Origin: Spirochaetia bacterium
GTDB lineage: Bacteria; Spirochaetota; Spirochaetia; UBA9216
Reading direction: 5' to 3'
DNA length: 64,000 nt
Assembly (NCBI GenBank): GCA_963677925.2
Contig: CAXXYH010000004.1
Coordinates: forward strand, 1,280,001 to 1,344,000
The notes under the pieces are model-generated. The model saw only the letters and a program-made list of their open reading frames with translations. It made no database searches and was not told the origin of the DNA. Positions 39,851-49,234 of this stretch are shown piece after piece. The position numbers were made by a program, and so were the translations under genes. How positions within the stretch are numbered: the stretch's first letter is position 1; each line of letters opens with the position of its first letter.

Positions 39851-41284
39851 TTATTTGATAAAATCAGCTTCAATACTGCCTCTGATTTTATCTTTGATCT
39901 TATTGTACGCTCCCAATGCGTTTGTATACTTATATTCAAAATCTATAAGGTCTGTACGATTTTCTTTTTTGGCAGCTTTAAGTTCAGATTTGGCTATTGC
40001 AAAGTTCTTTTTGTCAGTTTCAAATTCTTTCTTATATTGCTTTTTTGCGTAATGTATTCCGACTAAATCAACAGGGTTGACATTCCTTGTATATATATCA
40101 AATACAACAGCAAGTAGTAATACTCCGCCTAATATGATTGGTTCGATATTTGCATCTATACCTGCAAGTGCCATTCCGTTCTTTAACGACATCATTACGA
40201 TTGCACCTATTACACCGTTAACAACTTTACCGACACCGCCGCTGGCGCTTGTTCCGCCGATAAAGGCTGCTGCAATTGCATACAGTTCCCAGAACGGACC
40301 GTGTTTCGGTGAAGCATTTTCCAGTCTGGATACATACATTACGCCGGAAATCATTGCGAGTATTCCCATCGAAATAAACACGATGATTAATATGCCTTCA
40401 ACATTTATACCTGACAGCTCGGCGGCTTCAGGGCTTCCGCCGACAGCATAAATTCGTCTGCCCAGTGTTGTTTGTGTTGTCATGAAAAAGTAGATAGCAA
40501 CAACGGCAACCGTAATCAGCAGCAGGTATGAAATACCTTTGTTGGCGCTGAAAACATAGGTTAAATAACCGATAACAGCGGTCAGTAAGAGTAATTTTGT
40601 GATGAATAATTCTATTTTTTCGCTTGGAATATTTAATTTTCTGTTTTTATTTCGCCTTAATATTCCTGATAACAGGGCAAAAATGAGTATTACGCTACCG
40701 ACAATAATTGAAACTATATCGTACCCGCCTATCTCTACAGTCGGTAAATAGCCTGTGCCGACTTTGATGAAAAACTCATTTGTAGTTGATATTGTTCTGT
40801 TTCCAGTTTGAATCATCAGGAAGCCTTTGAAAATAAACATGCCGGCAAGAGTTACAACAAAAGAAGGTACTTTGATTTTGGCGATGAAGTAACCTTTTAC
40901 AGCACCTACGAATACGGTTATTGCTAATGCGCCAAGTAAGGCAACTATTACAGACTGGCCGCCGGTTTCAACAGCAACTACAACATAGGCGCCAAGGAAA
41001 GCACCGATATAACCAACTGATAAGTCAATCTGTCTGGTGACTATGACAAGCGTCATTCCAACAGCCAGAACAGCTACATAAGCTGTCTGATTTAATAGGT
41101 TTGTAAAGTTAAATGGTCCGAGGAATATTCCGTTTGTCATGAAACCGAATACAATGAATATAACAACCAGTGCTATAAACATTCCGTAATCTCTAATGTT
41201 TGTTCTCAGCATAGAGATAAGCGTCAGGAAATATTTATAAATATGCCAGGCTGCCTTTTCTAAAATATTTTTATTTTCTACCAT
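39851..41284 (-). CDS. gguB: Sugar ABC permease (GguB/XylH-like) with extended C-terminus
   Basis: NIRDYGMFIAL, IDLSVG, PSFVVTLAGM, GRRIYAVGG, AAAFIGGTS. Confidence 0.87.
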   Translation of the reverse strand: MVENKNILEKAAWHIYKYFLTLISMLRTNIRDYGMFIALVVIFIVFGFMTNGIFLGPFNFTNLLNQTAYVAVLAVGMTLVIVTRQIDLSVGYIGAFLGAYVVVAVETGGQSVIVALLGALAITVFVGAVKGYFIAKIKVPSFVVTLAGMFIFKGFLMIQTGNRTISTTNEFFIKVGTGYLPTVEIGGYDIVSIIVGSVILIFALLSGILRRNKNRKLNIPSEKIELFITKLLLLTAVIGYLTYVFSANKGISYLLLITVAVVAIYFFMTTQTTLGRRIYAVGGSPEAAELSGINVEGILIIVFISMGILAMISGVMYVSRLENASPKHGPFWELYAIAAAFIGGTSASGGVGKVVNGVIGAIVMMSLKNGMALAGIDANIEPIILGGVLLLAVVFDIYTRNVNPVDLVGIHYAKKQYKKEFETDKKNFAIAKSELKAAKKENRTDLIDFEYKYTNALGAYNKIKDKIRGSIEADFIK

Positions 41285-41293
41285 CAATCTCTC

Positions 41294-42814
41294 CTAAATT
41301 GTTGCGCTTGCCATTATTTTTTCAGGGGTTGCATCTTTAATATCAAATTCAGCAGTCTGAACACCTTCAGAGATGACATAGACCCTGTCGCACATTCCCA
41401 GTATTTCGGGCAGTTCCGAGGAAATTATCATTATGCTCATGCCCCGGGCTACTAAATCATTGATAATTGTGTATATTTCGTATTTTGCACCGACATCAAT
41501 TCCGCGTGTCGGTTCATCAAGAATTAATATTTTCGGTTCAATAAAAAGCCATTTACTAACCTGAACCTTCTGCTGGTTTCCACCGCTGAGGTTTTTAACC
41601 TGCTGCAGGATTGACGGGGTTTTTATGCCGATGTCTTTTACATACTGTTCTGCATACTTGTTTTGTTTGAAGAAATCGATTACTCCCATTTTGGATATTT
41701 TCTTCAGTGAAGAAATTGTTATGTTCTGACCTATAGTCTCACTGAGTATCAATCCGTCATTTTTTCTGTCCTCAGAAACATAAGCGATTCCGTGAGCTAT
41801 TGCTTTTTTTGGTGAAGATAGTTTTACAGCTTTTCCGAATACTATTGTGGATCCTGTAATTTTATATTTTTTAGGATTCCCGAAAATGCTGTGTGCAAGT
41901 TCTGTTCTTCCCGCGCCCATTAATCCGGCAATTCCTACTACTTCGCCCTGACGGATTTTAATATTGGAATCATTAACAAGGTAGCGGTTAATGTTTGTGT
42001 CAAAAGCATTAAAATGGACCGTCTCAAGAACGACATCACCGCCTTTGTATTCAGGTCTTTTAGGGAATATGTCATCTATCTCGCGGCCAACCATGTTTTT
42101 AATTATTTCACGTTCATTGATTTCAGATTTTGTCATTCTTGCAACGGTCTTGCCGTCACGCAAAACCGTGATGGAGTCGGCAACAGCTTCTACTTCTTTT
42201 AACTTATGAGAAATCATAATTGAAGTAATGCCTTCTTTTTTAAGGCTAACCAGCAGTTGTAATAAATTGGCGCTGTCGTCCTCATTCAATGCCGCTGTCG
42301 GCTCATCTAAAATCAGCAGCTTTACATTCTGGCTTAATGCCTTTGCAATTTCGATCAGCTGCTGCTTTCCAACTCCTAATGATCCAACAAGACTGTATAA
42401 ATCAACATTAAGACCTACCATATCCAGGTATTTCTTTGCTTCTTTTTTGGTCCTGTCCCAGTCCATTAAAGAGAATTTATTATTCAGTTCGTGACCGACA
42501 AAAACGTTTTCATATACTGTAAGGTTAGGGAAAAGTTCCAGTTCCTGATTTATGATTACAATACCAACATTTACTGAATCTTTTATTCCATGAAAATGTT
42601 TTATTTTTCCATCAAATATAATATCTCCGTCATAATCTCCATAGGGATAGATTCCGCTCAGTACCTTCATCAAAGTTGATTTCCCGGCGCCGTTCTCACC
42701 GACTATAAAATGGATTTCGCCGTTTTCAACGGAGATATCCACTTCTTCCAGTGCTTTAACACCCGGAAACGTCTTTGTGATAGACTTCATCTGTAATATT
42801 AAATTGTTATCCAA
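41294..42814 (-). CDS. gguA: Sugar ABC ATP-binding protein (GguA/XylG-like)
   Basis: ITKTFPGVKAL, GENGAGKSTLMKVLSG, SEDRK, LSGGNQQKV, DEPTRGIDVGAK. Confidence 0.92.
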   Translation of the reverse strand: MDNNLILQMKSITKTFPGVKALEEVDISVENGEIHFIVGENGAGKSTLMKVLSGIYPYGDYDGDIIFDGKIKHFHGIKDSVNVGIVIINQELELFPNLTVYENVFVGHELNNKFSLMDWDRTKKEAKKYLDMVGLNVDLYSLVGSLGVGKQQLIEIAKALSQNVKLLILDEPTAALNEDDSANLLQLLVSLKKEGITSIMISHKLKEVEAVADSITVLRDGKTVARMTKSEINEREIIKNMVGREIDDIFPKRPEYKGGDVVLETVHFNAFDTNINRYLVNDSNIKIRQGEVVGIAGLMGAGRTELAHSIFGNPKKYKITGSTIVFGKAVKLSSPKKAIAHGIAYVSEDRKNDGLILSETIGQNITISSLKKISKMGVIDFFKQNKYAEQYVKDIGIKTPSILQQVKNLSGGNQQKVQVSKWLFIEPKILILDEPTRGIDVGAKYEIYTIINDLVARGMSIMIISSELPEILGMCDRVYVISEGVQTAEFDIKDATPEKIMASATI

Positions 42815-43025
42815 AAAACACCTCTTAACTAATTCTGTCTTATTGACAGTTTAAAAACTCCAATCAGGCAGTTAATCAATTCAAGATTTAAAATTATGAG
42901 CTTTTTATTACTGTATTAATTTTAATAGGGATATTATGAATCCGATACAGGACTTATCTGATATGCTTAGGCTATTATTGACATTGGGTAAAAAAAATTA
43001 AAAAATAATAGGACAATTTTATAAT

Positions 43026-44051
43026 TCAGGGTGTAATTTTGCGGTAAACATCATCTTTTGAATGAAATCCATCCTTTATAACTGTCTCATCCATTTTATC
43101 CTTATCAACTGCGATAGGGGTTTCAACAAAAAAAGGTATATCTCTCCCGCTGTTGTTGTTGATATACTGGTCCGGTTCCGGAGTTTCATTCATGGCCATA
43201 TTTACTGCAAGCTGAGCAGCGCGTTCTGCCAGTCTGGCTATTGGTTTATATACTGTAATCAGCTGAGTTCCTTCCATTATTCTCTGGCAGGAAAGGAGAT
43301 CGGCATCCTGGCCGACAACTGCAACCTGTCCGGCGAGTCTCCTTTCTGAGAGCAGACGAATTGCCGCTTCAGCTATCATATCGTTAGCTCCCGATATTGC
43401 CTGTATATCCTGTGTCCTTTCCAGGACTGCTCCAATCTTTTTTGTGGCTTCATCAAAACTCCACTCATCAAGCCATATCTCCTCAACCAGTTTGATTTCC
43501 CCACTTCTCAGATAAGGATCAAGTATTTGATGCAGGCCCTTGTTGACTTCATAACTGTTGTTGTCACGGACAGATCCGTTTACGATCAAATAATTTCCAC
43601 GAGGGCTGGCCTTCAGCAGTGCACGTGCAAGCAGTCTCCCGACTTCCTTGTTGTCAAAAGAAACATAGCCGGTAATGGGGACATTCATTACGGGTCTGTC
43701 ATATGATAAAACAGGAATACCTTTATCCAGAATTTTTTTAATTATTCCGGAAAGCATTTCCATATCTTCCGGGATAACGACCAGAACATCTATATCCTGC
43801 TCCAGTAGATACTGTATCTGTGGTATCTGTCCCATTGCATTTCCGGGTGATTTAGCAAAAATTACCTCTGCATCATATTCTCTTGCTGCGGCCATGAATA
43901 TCTTGATATCACGATCCCAGCGTTCAAGAAGAAATGTATCTGAAGCTGCAGAAAATCCTATCCTCACGCCTGATTTATCTTCTTCTTTCTTAGTGCATGA
44001 AATTGAGATAATTAGAATGAATAAAATGAAAATAATCCTTTTTTTTACCAT
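43026..44051 (-). CDS. XylF-like sugar-binding lipoprotein
   Basis: Lipobox ISISC, ERWDRD, SYDR, YVSFDN, GAND, GQDAD, TVYKPI. Confidence 0.88.
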   Translation of the reverse strand: MVKKRIIFILFILIISISCTKKEEDKSGVRIGFSAASDTFLLERWDRDIKIFMAAAREYDAEVIFAKSPGNAMGQIPQIQYLLEQDIDVLVVIPEDMEMLSGIIKKILDKGIPVLSYDRPVMNVPITGYVSFDNKEVGRLLARALLKASPRGNYLIVNGSVRDNNSYEVNKGLHQILDPYLRSGEIKLVEEIWLDEWSFDEATKKIGAVLERTQDIQAISGANDMIAEAAIRLLSERRLAGQVAVVGQDADLLSCQRIMEGTQLITVYKPIARLAERAAQLAVNMAMNETPEPDQYINNNSGRDIPFFVETPIAVDKDKMDETVIKDGFHSKDDVYRKITP

Positions 44052-44053
44052 TA

Positions 44054-45544
44054 TTATAAACCTTCTTTCTCCAGATCTGATGGTGATATGCCCATATGGC
44101 GCCTGAAAATTCTGCTGAAATAATTGGGGTCCTGATACCCGACAAGGGATGCCACTTCCTTAATGGAATATTTTTTTCCTTCAAGCAATGTGATGGCTTT
44201 ATTGAGTCGAAACTGATTTATGTAATCAACAAAATTGGTGCCCAAATACTCTTTAAACAACCGGCTTAGATAACTGCTTGTGACATTGCAGGCTTCTGCA
44301 ACCATTGAAAGCTGTATCGGTTTCTGAAAATTTTCTCTTATGTAAACTATCGCGGCGATAAGCGGTCTCGGGTAGGACTGATCTTTACCCAGCTGTATGT
44401 GCATTCTAAGGCTGTCAAAAATCTGTGTAGACCAGCGCTGCCACTCTTCGATGGAATTAAGAACCATGATTTCTTCAGCCGGATCAAAATTAAAATTGGA
44501 TGAAATTAAGACCTGTTTATCTATTCTGCTTAATACAAGAGAAAATAATGAAACCATTTTTCCAAGAGCTACCTGAAAGCTGAGTTTATTGAATATCTCA
44601 ATCCAGAACTCTTCAAAAATATTTTTAGCATTATCATTCTTTGTGTCTATGATGCTGCTGCATACTGACTTGATTTTTTCCCAGCCCGGGAAATAGGAAT
44701 CCTCTTTTTCAGAAGCTATTGCAAAAGGCTGGAATGCTTCAGAGAAAGAACTGTGTAATGAAGTTAAAGGATAAACCCCGCCCTTGCCCTGTATGAATGT
44801 ATAGGGATTGAGTTTTTTTATGATGTCATCAAGATAAAAATCCAGTTTGTTTAAGCTTTTTTCTTCAGGAAAGAAAATGAGCATTCTTCCTGCAACGATT
44901 GTACTGAGGCAGAAGAATTTATATTGTATTTTTTCTTTGATTATTTCGTAGTTTGAGTTTTTGATGTCTTCAGAAATATCGCCTGTAGCTTCAAGCAGAT
45001 AAATGGAACCGCGATCACTGTTTATTGAAAACAGGCTTAAAAACTTGTTCCAGTCATTTTTATTGTGGTCTCTCCACATCAAGCCGCATAAAAAACGTTT
45101 AGTTTCTTCGTTCTTTGTTTTCTTTAGAAGCTGGGTATCCTCAAGACTTCTCAGTTCCATTTCTCTTAAATTATCAAGATGGATTTTTACTCTCGAAAGT
45201 TCATCAAGGAGCCTCTGTCGTGAAACCGGTTTAACAATATAACTGAAAACACCCAGAGGGATTGCTTTTTGAGCGATATCAAAACGCTCATATGCAGTAG
45301 CCAGAATAAATACGGTCTTCGGGAAACTTTTTCTGACCTGCTCGATAGCATCAATTCCATTTATTCCGGGCATTTGAATATCCATGAAAACCAGATCGGG
45401 TGACAGCTCGTATATCAGCCTGACTGCTTCTGTTCCGGACCTTGCTTTTGCGCAAAGTTCAAAGTCTGTTGTATTGTTGCTGAGTATAAATGCAAAACTG
45501 TCTAAAACAGGTTCTTCATCATCAACTATCATAACTTGATACAT
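44054..45544 (-). CDS. YesN-type response regulator (REC + AraC HTH)
   Basis: IVDDE, FMDIQMPG, YIVKP; C-terminal YLSRLFK...VGYQDPNYFSRIFRR. Confidence 0.92.
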   Translation of the reverse strand: MYQVMIVDDEEPVLDSFAFILSNNTTDFELCAKARSGTEAVRLIYELSPDLVFMDIQMPGINGIDAIEQVRKSFPKTVFILATAYERFDIAQKAIPLGVFSYIVKPVSRQRLLDELSRVKIHLDNLREMELRSLEDTQLLKKTKNEETKRFLCGLMWRDHNKNDWNKFLSLFSINSDRGSIYLLEATGDISEDIKNSNYEIIKEKIQYKFFCLSTIVAGRMLIFFPEEKSLNKLDFYLDDIIKKLNPYTFIQGKGGVYPLTSLHSSFSEAFQPFAIASEKEDSYFPGWEKIKSVCSSIIDTKNDNAKNIFEEFWIEIFNKLSFQVALGKMVSLFSLVLSRIDKQVLISSNFNFDPAEEIMVLNSIEEWQRWSTQIFDSLRMHIQLGKDQSYPRPLIAAIVYIRENFQKPIQLSMVAEACNVTSSYLSRLFKEYLGTNFVDYINQFRLNKAITLLEGKKYSIKEVASLVGYQDPNYFSRIFRRHMGISPSDLEKEGL

Positions 45545-47010
45545 GGCTGAACCTCGGTATGTATTCTAATCTCAATGTTTGTTCCTTCGTCAGGATGAGA
45601 CTTTATATCAATGACATCTTTATGGTCAGGGTAAAAGAAATAACATCGCTGTATAACATTTTCCAATCCCATTACTTTGGAACTGAACTGGTAATCATGA
45701 ATATGCGAAGCTAATAATTTCCTGACTGTTTTTTCTGGAATACCATCCCCGTCGTCCTGAACTGAGATCAGCAGAACGGGATCGTTGAAGCTGATATGAA
45801 CTGTAATCGTTCCTATGCCTTCCTTATTCTTGAACGCATGAAGTACGGAATTTTCTACAAGAGGCTGCAGTATCATTGACGGGCATGTGTATTTATCAAG
45901 GAGTTCTTCATCTACATTAAGAACAAAATTCAGCGTTTTGGGAAATCTGATTTTCAGTATGCTGTAATAAGATTTCAAACCGTCAAGCTCATGACGCAGC
46001 GGGACAAAAAACTGTTTTTCTCTGATGTTGTACCGGAAAAGAGCCGCAAGACTTTCCATAAACTCTGCGGTCCTGTCGGCATTTTCTACTATGGCCAGCT
46101 GCACTCCGGTATTGATTGTATTAAACAGGAAGTGAGGATTCATTTGCGCCTGAAGTGTGTACAGTTCCATCCTTTTCAGCATCTGTTCCATTTTTAGATT
46201 TCTAACCCGTTCCGTCATAATCTCCTGTTCCATTTCTTTCTGTTTATGCAGCTCTTCAACAAACTGGCGGATATTAAGTTTCATGTCATTAAAAGCTTCC
46301 GAAACCTGATTGACTTCATTTACAGAATCAAAATGCATGTCAGGTATATCGAATTCGCCGTTTGAAAGTTTACCGGCCATGAGTGATAACTCGTACATAG
46401 GGGTTACGATATTATTGATTGTCTGCATCAGAAGGGTGAACGAGAAGGCGGTGGCAAGCAGTATCTGGATTATGCTGTAAAGCTGCATCCTGCGAAAAAG
46501 ACTCAGAAAATTCCTGTACTCTTCCAATTGAACGCGGAAACCAATCAGACTTGCGTAATTTATTTTATCAGTTATGTAGGTATACAGGTTGTAAAGGTTT
46601 TGATAGTTTTCAGTATATTCCTTCACCCTGTGCCCGCGTTTCTGTTCAATAATCTGGTTCAGCTGGATTAAATAATTTTCAAGTAGAAAGGACAATTCTC
46701 TTTTTATCAGATCTGAATCATTCGCTGTTATTTTGCGCTGAATAGGAATTGATTCATTTAATATTTCTATTTTATACAGGAGTTTTGAAAGTGATGAAGA
46801 AGAGTAGGTTGTCAGGTAATTTTCAAGGGGCGCCTGGATATCAGTCAGATGCATCTGAATTTCCTGAAGAAACTGTTCATCTTCAAACCTCTTGTCTGCT
46901 ATATTTTGAATCTTCAGTGAGTTGTAAAATACAAAGCCCAGAGACACCACAATGATTACCATACTGATGGTGAAATAGATCAGCAGTCTGTTCTTGATTG
47001 AATTATTCAT
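45529..47010 (-). CDS. LytS/YesM-type sensor histidine kinase
   Basis: Two TM segments, HAMP, LQAQMNPHFLFNT, LQPLVENS, DDGDG, MGLENV; start ATG 47010. Confidence 0.92.
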   Translation of the reverse strand: MNNSIKNRLLIYFTISMVIIVVSLGFVFYNSLKIQNIADKRFEDEQFLQEIQMHLTDIQAPLENYLTTYSSSSLSKLLYKIEILNESIPIQRKITANDSDLIKRELSFLLENYLIQLNQIIEQKRGHRVKEYTENYQNLYNLYTYITDKINYASLIGFRVQLEEYRNFLSLFRRMQLYSIIQILLATAFSFTLLMQTINNIVTPMYELSLMAGKLSNGEFDIPDMHFDSVNEVNQVSEAFNDMKLNIRQFVEELHKQKEMEQEIMTERVRNLKMEQMLKRMELYTLQAQMNPHFLFNTINTGVQLAIVENADRTAEFMESLAALFRYNIREKQFFVPLRHELDGLKSYYSILKIRFPKTLNFVLNVDEELLDKYTCPSMILQPLVENSVLHAFKNKEGIGTITVHISFNDPVLLISVQDDGDGIPEKTVRKLLASHIHDYQFSSKVMGLENVIQRCYFFYPDHKDVIDIKSHPDEGTNIEIRIHTEVQPCIKL

Positions 47011-47959
47011 TTGTCTTTCCTGAAAGGATGGTGATGCCTGTATCTGCATAGGCAGATGTGTACCCGTTTGTACTAAGTTCTTTCAGGGCCATAACAGTTG
47101 AAAAACCTATGCGGTAAGGGTTTCTGACTATACTGCCCAGAAGTACTCCTTTTTCAATATATGATTTTATTGTTTCATGCTCCCCGAAGCCGATTATCTG
47201 GACCTTGCCGACAAGGTTCATATCTATGATAGTCTGGACTGTCATTAGAGTGTCATTGGCATCTGTGAGGGCAATAATATCAATTGAAGGATCCGATCTT
47301 AATAAATCATAGGCAAGCATTCCGGTGGCAAGAGGATTTAAACTGGTTTCTTCTGTATTCAATACGGATAATTTATTGCCAAGAACTGTTTTAAGTCCCA
47401 TTTCAACAAGGTTTCTGTCGGACAGAACACCGGGGCTTTTTTTACTGTAAACAAGAACCATATTCAGCCTGTCGATTCCGGTATCAAGAGCCAGCTGACC
47501 TATTCCTTTTCCTACATCAAAATTATTTGTTCCGATGAAAATGGAATCGGTCCCCTGAATGATTTCATTTTCGATCTGTACTACAGGAAGTCCTTCTTTA
47601 AGAATTTCAGATACATACTGAAGTTTACTCCTGTCTTTTTCGTAAAGGTATAAGCCGAATCCGTCAAACCCGGAATATCTGGCCATTTCAAAACTGAGCG
47701 GATCGGAATCTATTGAATGAAAGCTGATTGCACAGTCCCTTGATTCTGCGGCTTCAATTGCCCCCTCTTTCAATCTGCTGAAATAAGAAGAATTCTCTGC
47801 AGGCAGGAAAAATGCATAGTGGTACATCTTCTCCTCTTCTGCATTTTTATTGTTATCAGAGACAAAAGGCGACTGCAGAAGGAGGCGGACTGAAAAAAAA
47901 AGCAAAACTATAAAGGAGATACCGAACATCAGGGCCATAATCTTGATTATCTTATTCAC
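47003..47959 (-). CDS. Membrane-anchored sugar-binding sensor accessory protein (XylFII-like)
   Basis: N-terminal TM anchor, periplasmic-binding fold (FIGTNNF, IIGF, RNPYRIG), directly upstream of the kinase. Confidence 0.8.
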   Translation of the reverse strand: MNKIIKIMALMFGISFIVLLFFSVRLLLQSPFVSDNNKNAEEEKMYHYAFFLPAENSSYFSRLKEGAIEAAESRDCAISFHSIDSDPLSFEMARYSGFDGFGLYLYEKDRSKLQYVSEILKEGLPVVQIENEIIQGTDSIFIGTNNFDVGKGIGQLALDTGIDRLNMVLVYSKKSPGVLSDRNLVEMGLKTVLGNKLSVLNTEETSLNPLATGMLAYDLLRSDPSIDIIALTDANDTLMTVQTIIDMNLVGKVQIIGFGEHETIKSYIEKGVLLGSIVRNPYRIGFSTVMALKELSTNGYTSAYADTGITILSGKTNE

Positions 47960-48159
47960 CCATAAATCTTACAATTCGAATATAAGAATTGTAAAGTTTT
48001 TTATCTATAAAATCAGTTATTCCTTTTTGTATATAAATCACGCCGAAATAAATATTTCACTAACAAACTGCAGAATGATAATATATGGATAAAAATAGAC
48101 TTTAATATTGTTTAAATATCAAAAAATTTACCTAAGACTTTTCAAGGAGATAGAATAGA

Positions 48160-49215
48160 ATGAAAGCTTTAGCATTATACGGTCCCGGTGACCTTAGGCT
48201 TGAAGACCGTCCAGTTCCGCATCCGGGTCCTAATCAGCTTGTTGTAAAGATGAACTATGTCGGCATCTGCGGTACCGATGTGGAATTTTATGCAGGACAT
48301 TATCCTCCTTTTATCGAGCTTCCTATGGTTCTCGGCCATGAAAATGCCGGTACTGTTGTTGAAGTAGGAGAGGGTGTAACCGGCTTTGCTGTCGGTGATA
48401 AACTGCTTTGCGGACCTCCGACGGCCTGTGCCGATATGTGTCCGTCATGCAGGGAGGGGAAGACCAATATCTGCATCAACGGCTTTCCGAATACCCCGGG
48501 TATAGGCGGTCCGGACGGCGGCTACTGCGAGTACTTTCTTGTGCGTGATGTAGCACACACCATGCTGATTAAGATTCCCGATGAAGTGGATATGAAGGAT
48601 GCAGTCCTGTTTGACGTAATCTGTGTTGCCCTTCACGGTATAAGAAAATCGACCTTCAAAACCGGTGATAATGTCGTTGTCAGCGGTACCGGCCCCATCG
48701 GACTGGCAGCAATCCAGTTTCTGAAAGCGGGAGGGGCTAACAGGATTATTGTTCTAGGTACCTCCGATGAGAAGGAACCGATTCTAAAGCAGTACGGTGC
48801 CGATTACTTTATAAACTCAAAAAAGTGTGAGGACCTCGGCGGCGAGATTAAAAAGATTTTAGGAACACCGGTAGGTGCTGATGTTGTCTTTGAGTGCGCT
48901 GGAAATCCGGCAAGTTTCAACAACTGTGTTTTTCAGGCGGTAAAACCCGGCGGACAGGTTGTGGTAATTGGAACAATCAACGAGCCCTTTGAAATTACTC
49001 CGGGCCGTTTCTCAATTTTTGAGCCGGATTTACTTTTCACCTTTGTCTACACTGAGGAAGAAGTCATTATGTACCTTGAAATGCTGGCTGCCGGAAAAAT
49101 TTCATTTCCGGGAATGGTAACGGGCGTTCTCAGCCTTGATGATGCCGTTGAAAAGTATATCGGTGCCGAGAGCCGCAAGGGTCATCTGAAAGTTTTAATT
49201 GACCCTAGTCTTTAA
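48160..49215 (+). CDS. Zn-dependent (MDR) alcohol dehydrogenase
   Basis: GICGTD, GHE, structural-Zn C..MC.SC...NIC, GTGPIG. Confidence 0.9.
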   Translation: MKALALYGPGDLRLEDRPVPHPGPNQLVVKMNYVGICGTDVEFYAGHYPPFIELPMVLGHENAGTVVEVGEGVTGFAVGDKLLCGPPTACADMCPSCREGKTNICINGFPNTPGIGGPDGGYCEYFLVRDVAHTMLIKIPDEVDMKDAVLFDVICVALHGIRKSTFKTGDNVVVSGTGPIGLAAIQFLKAGGANRIIVLGTSDEKEPILKQYGADYFINSKKCEDLGGEIKKILGTPVGADVVFECAGNPASFNNCVFQAVKPGGQVVVIGTINEPFEITPGRFSIFEPDLLFTFVYTEEEVIMYLEMLAAGKISFPGMVTGVLSLDDAVEKYIGAESRKGHLKVLIDPSL

Positions 49216-49234
49216 TTTAATGGAGTAATAATAG

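Noticed and set aside
42940-43020. Roughly 20-bp-spaced AGG-containing boxes upstream of gguA as YesN sites
   Set aside because: They are too degenerate to support by eye; motif analysis across orthologues would be needed.
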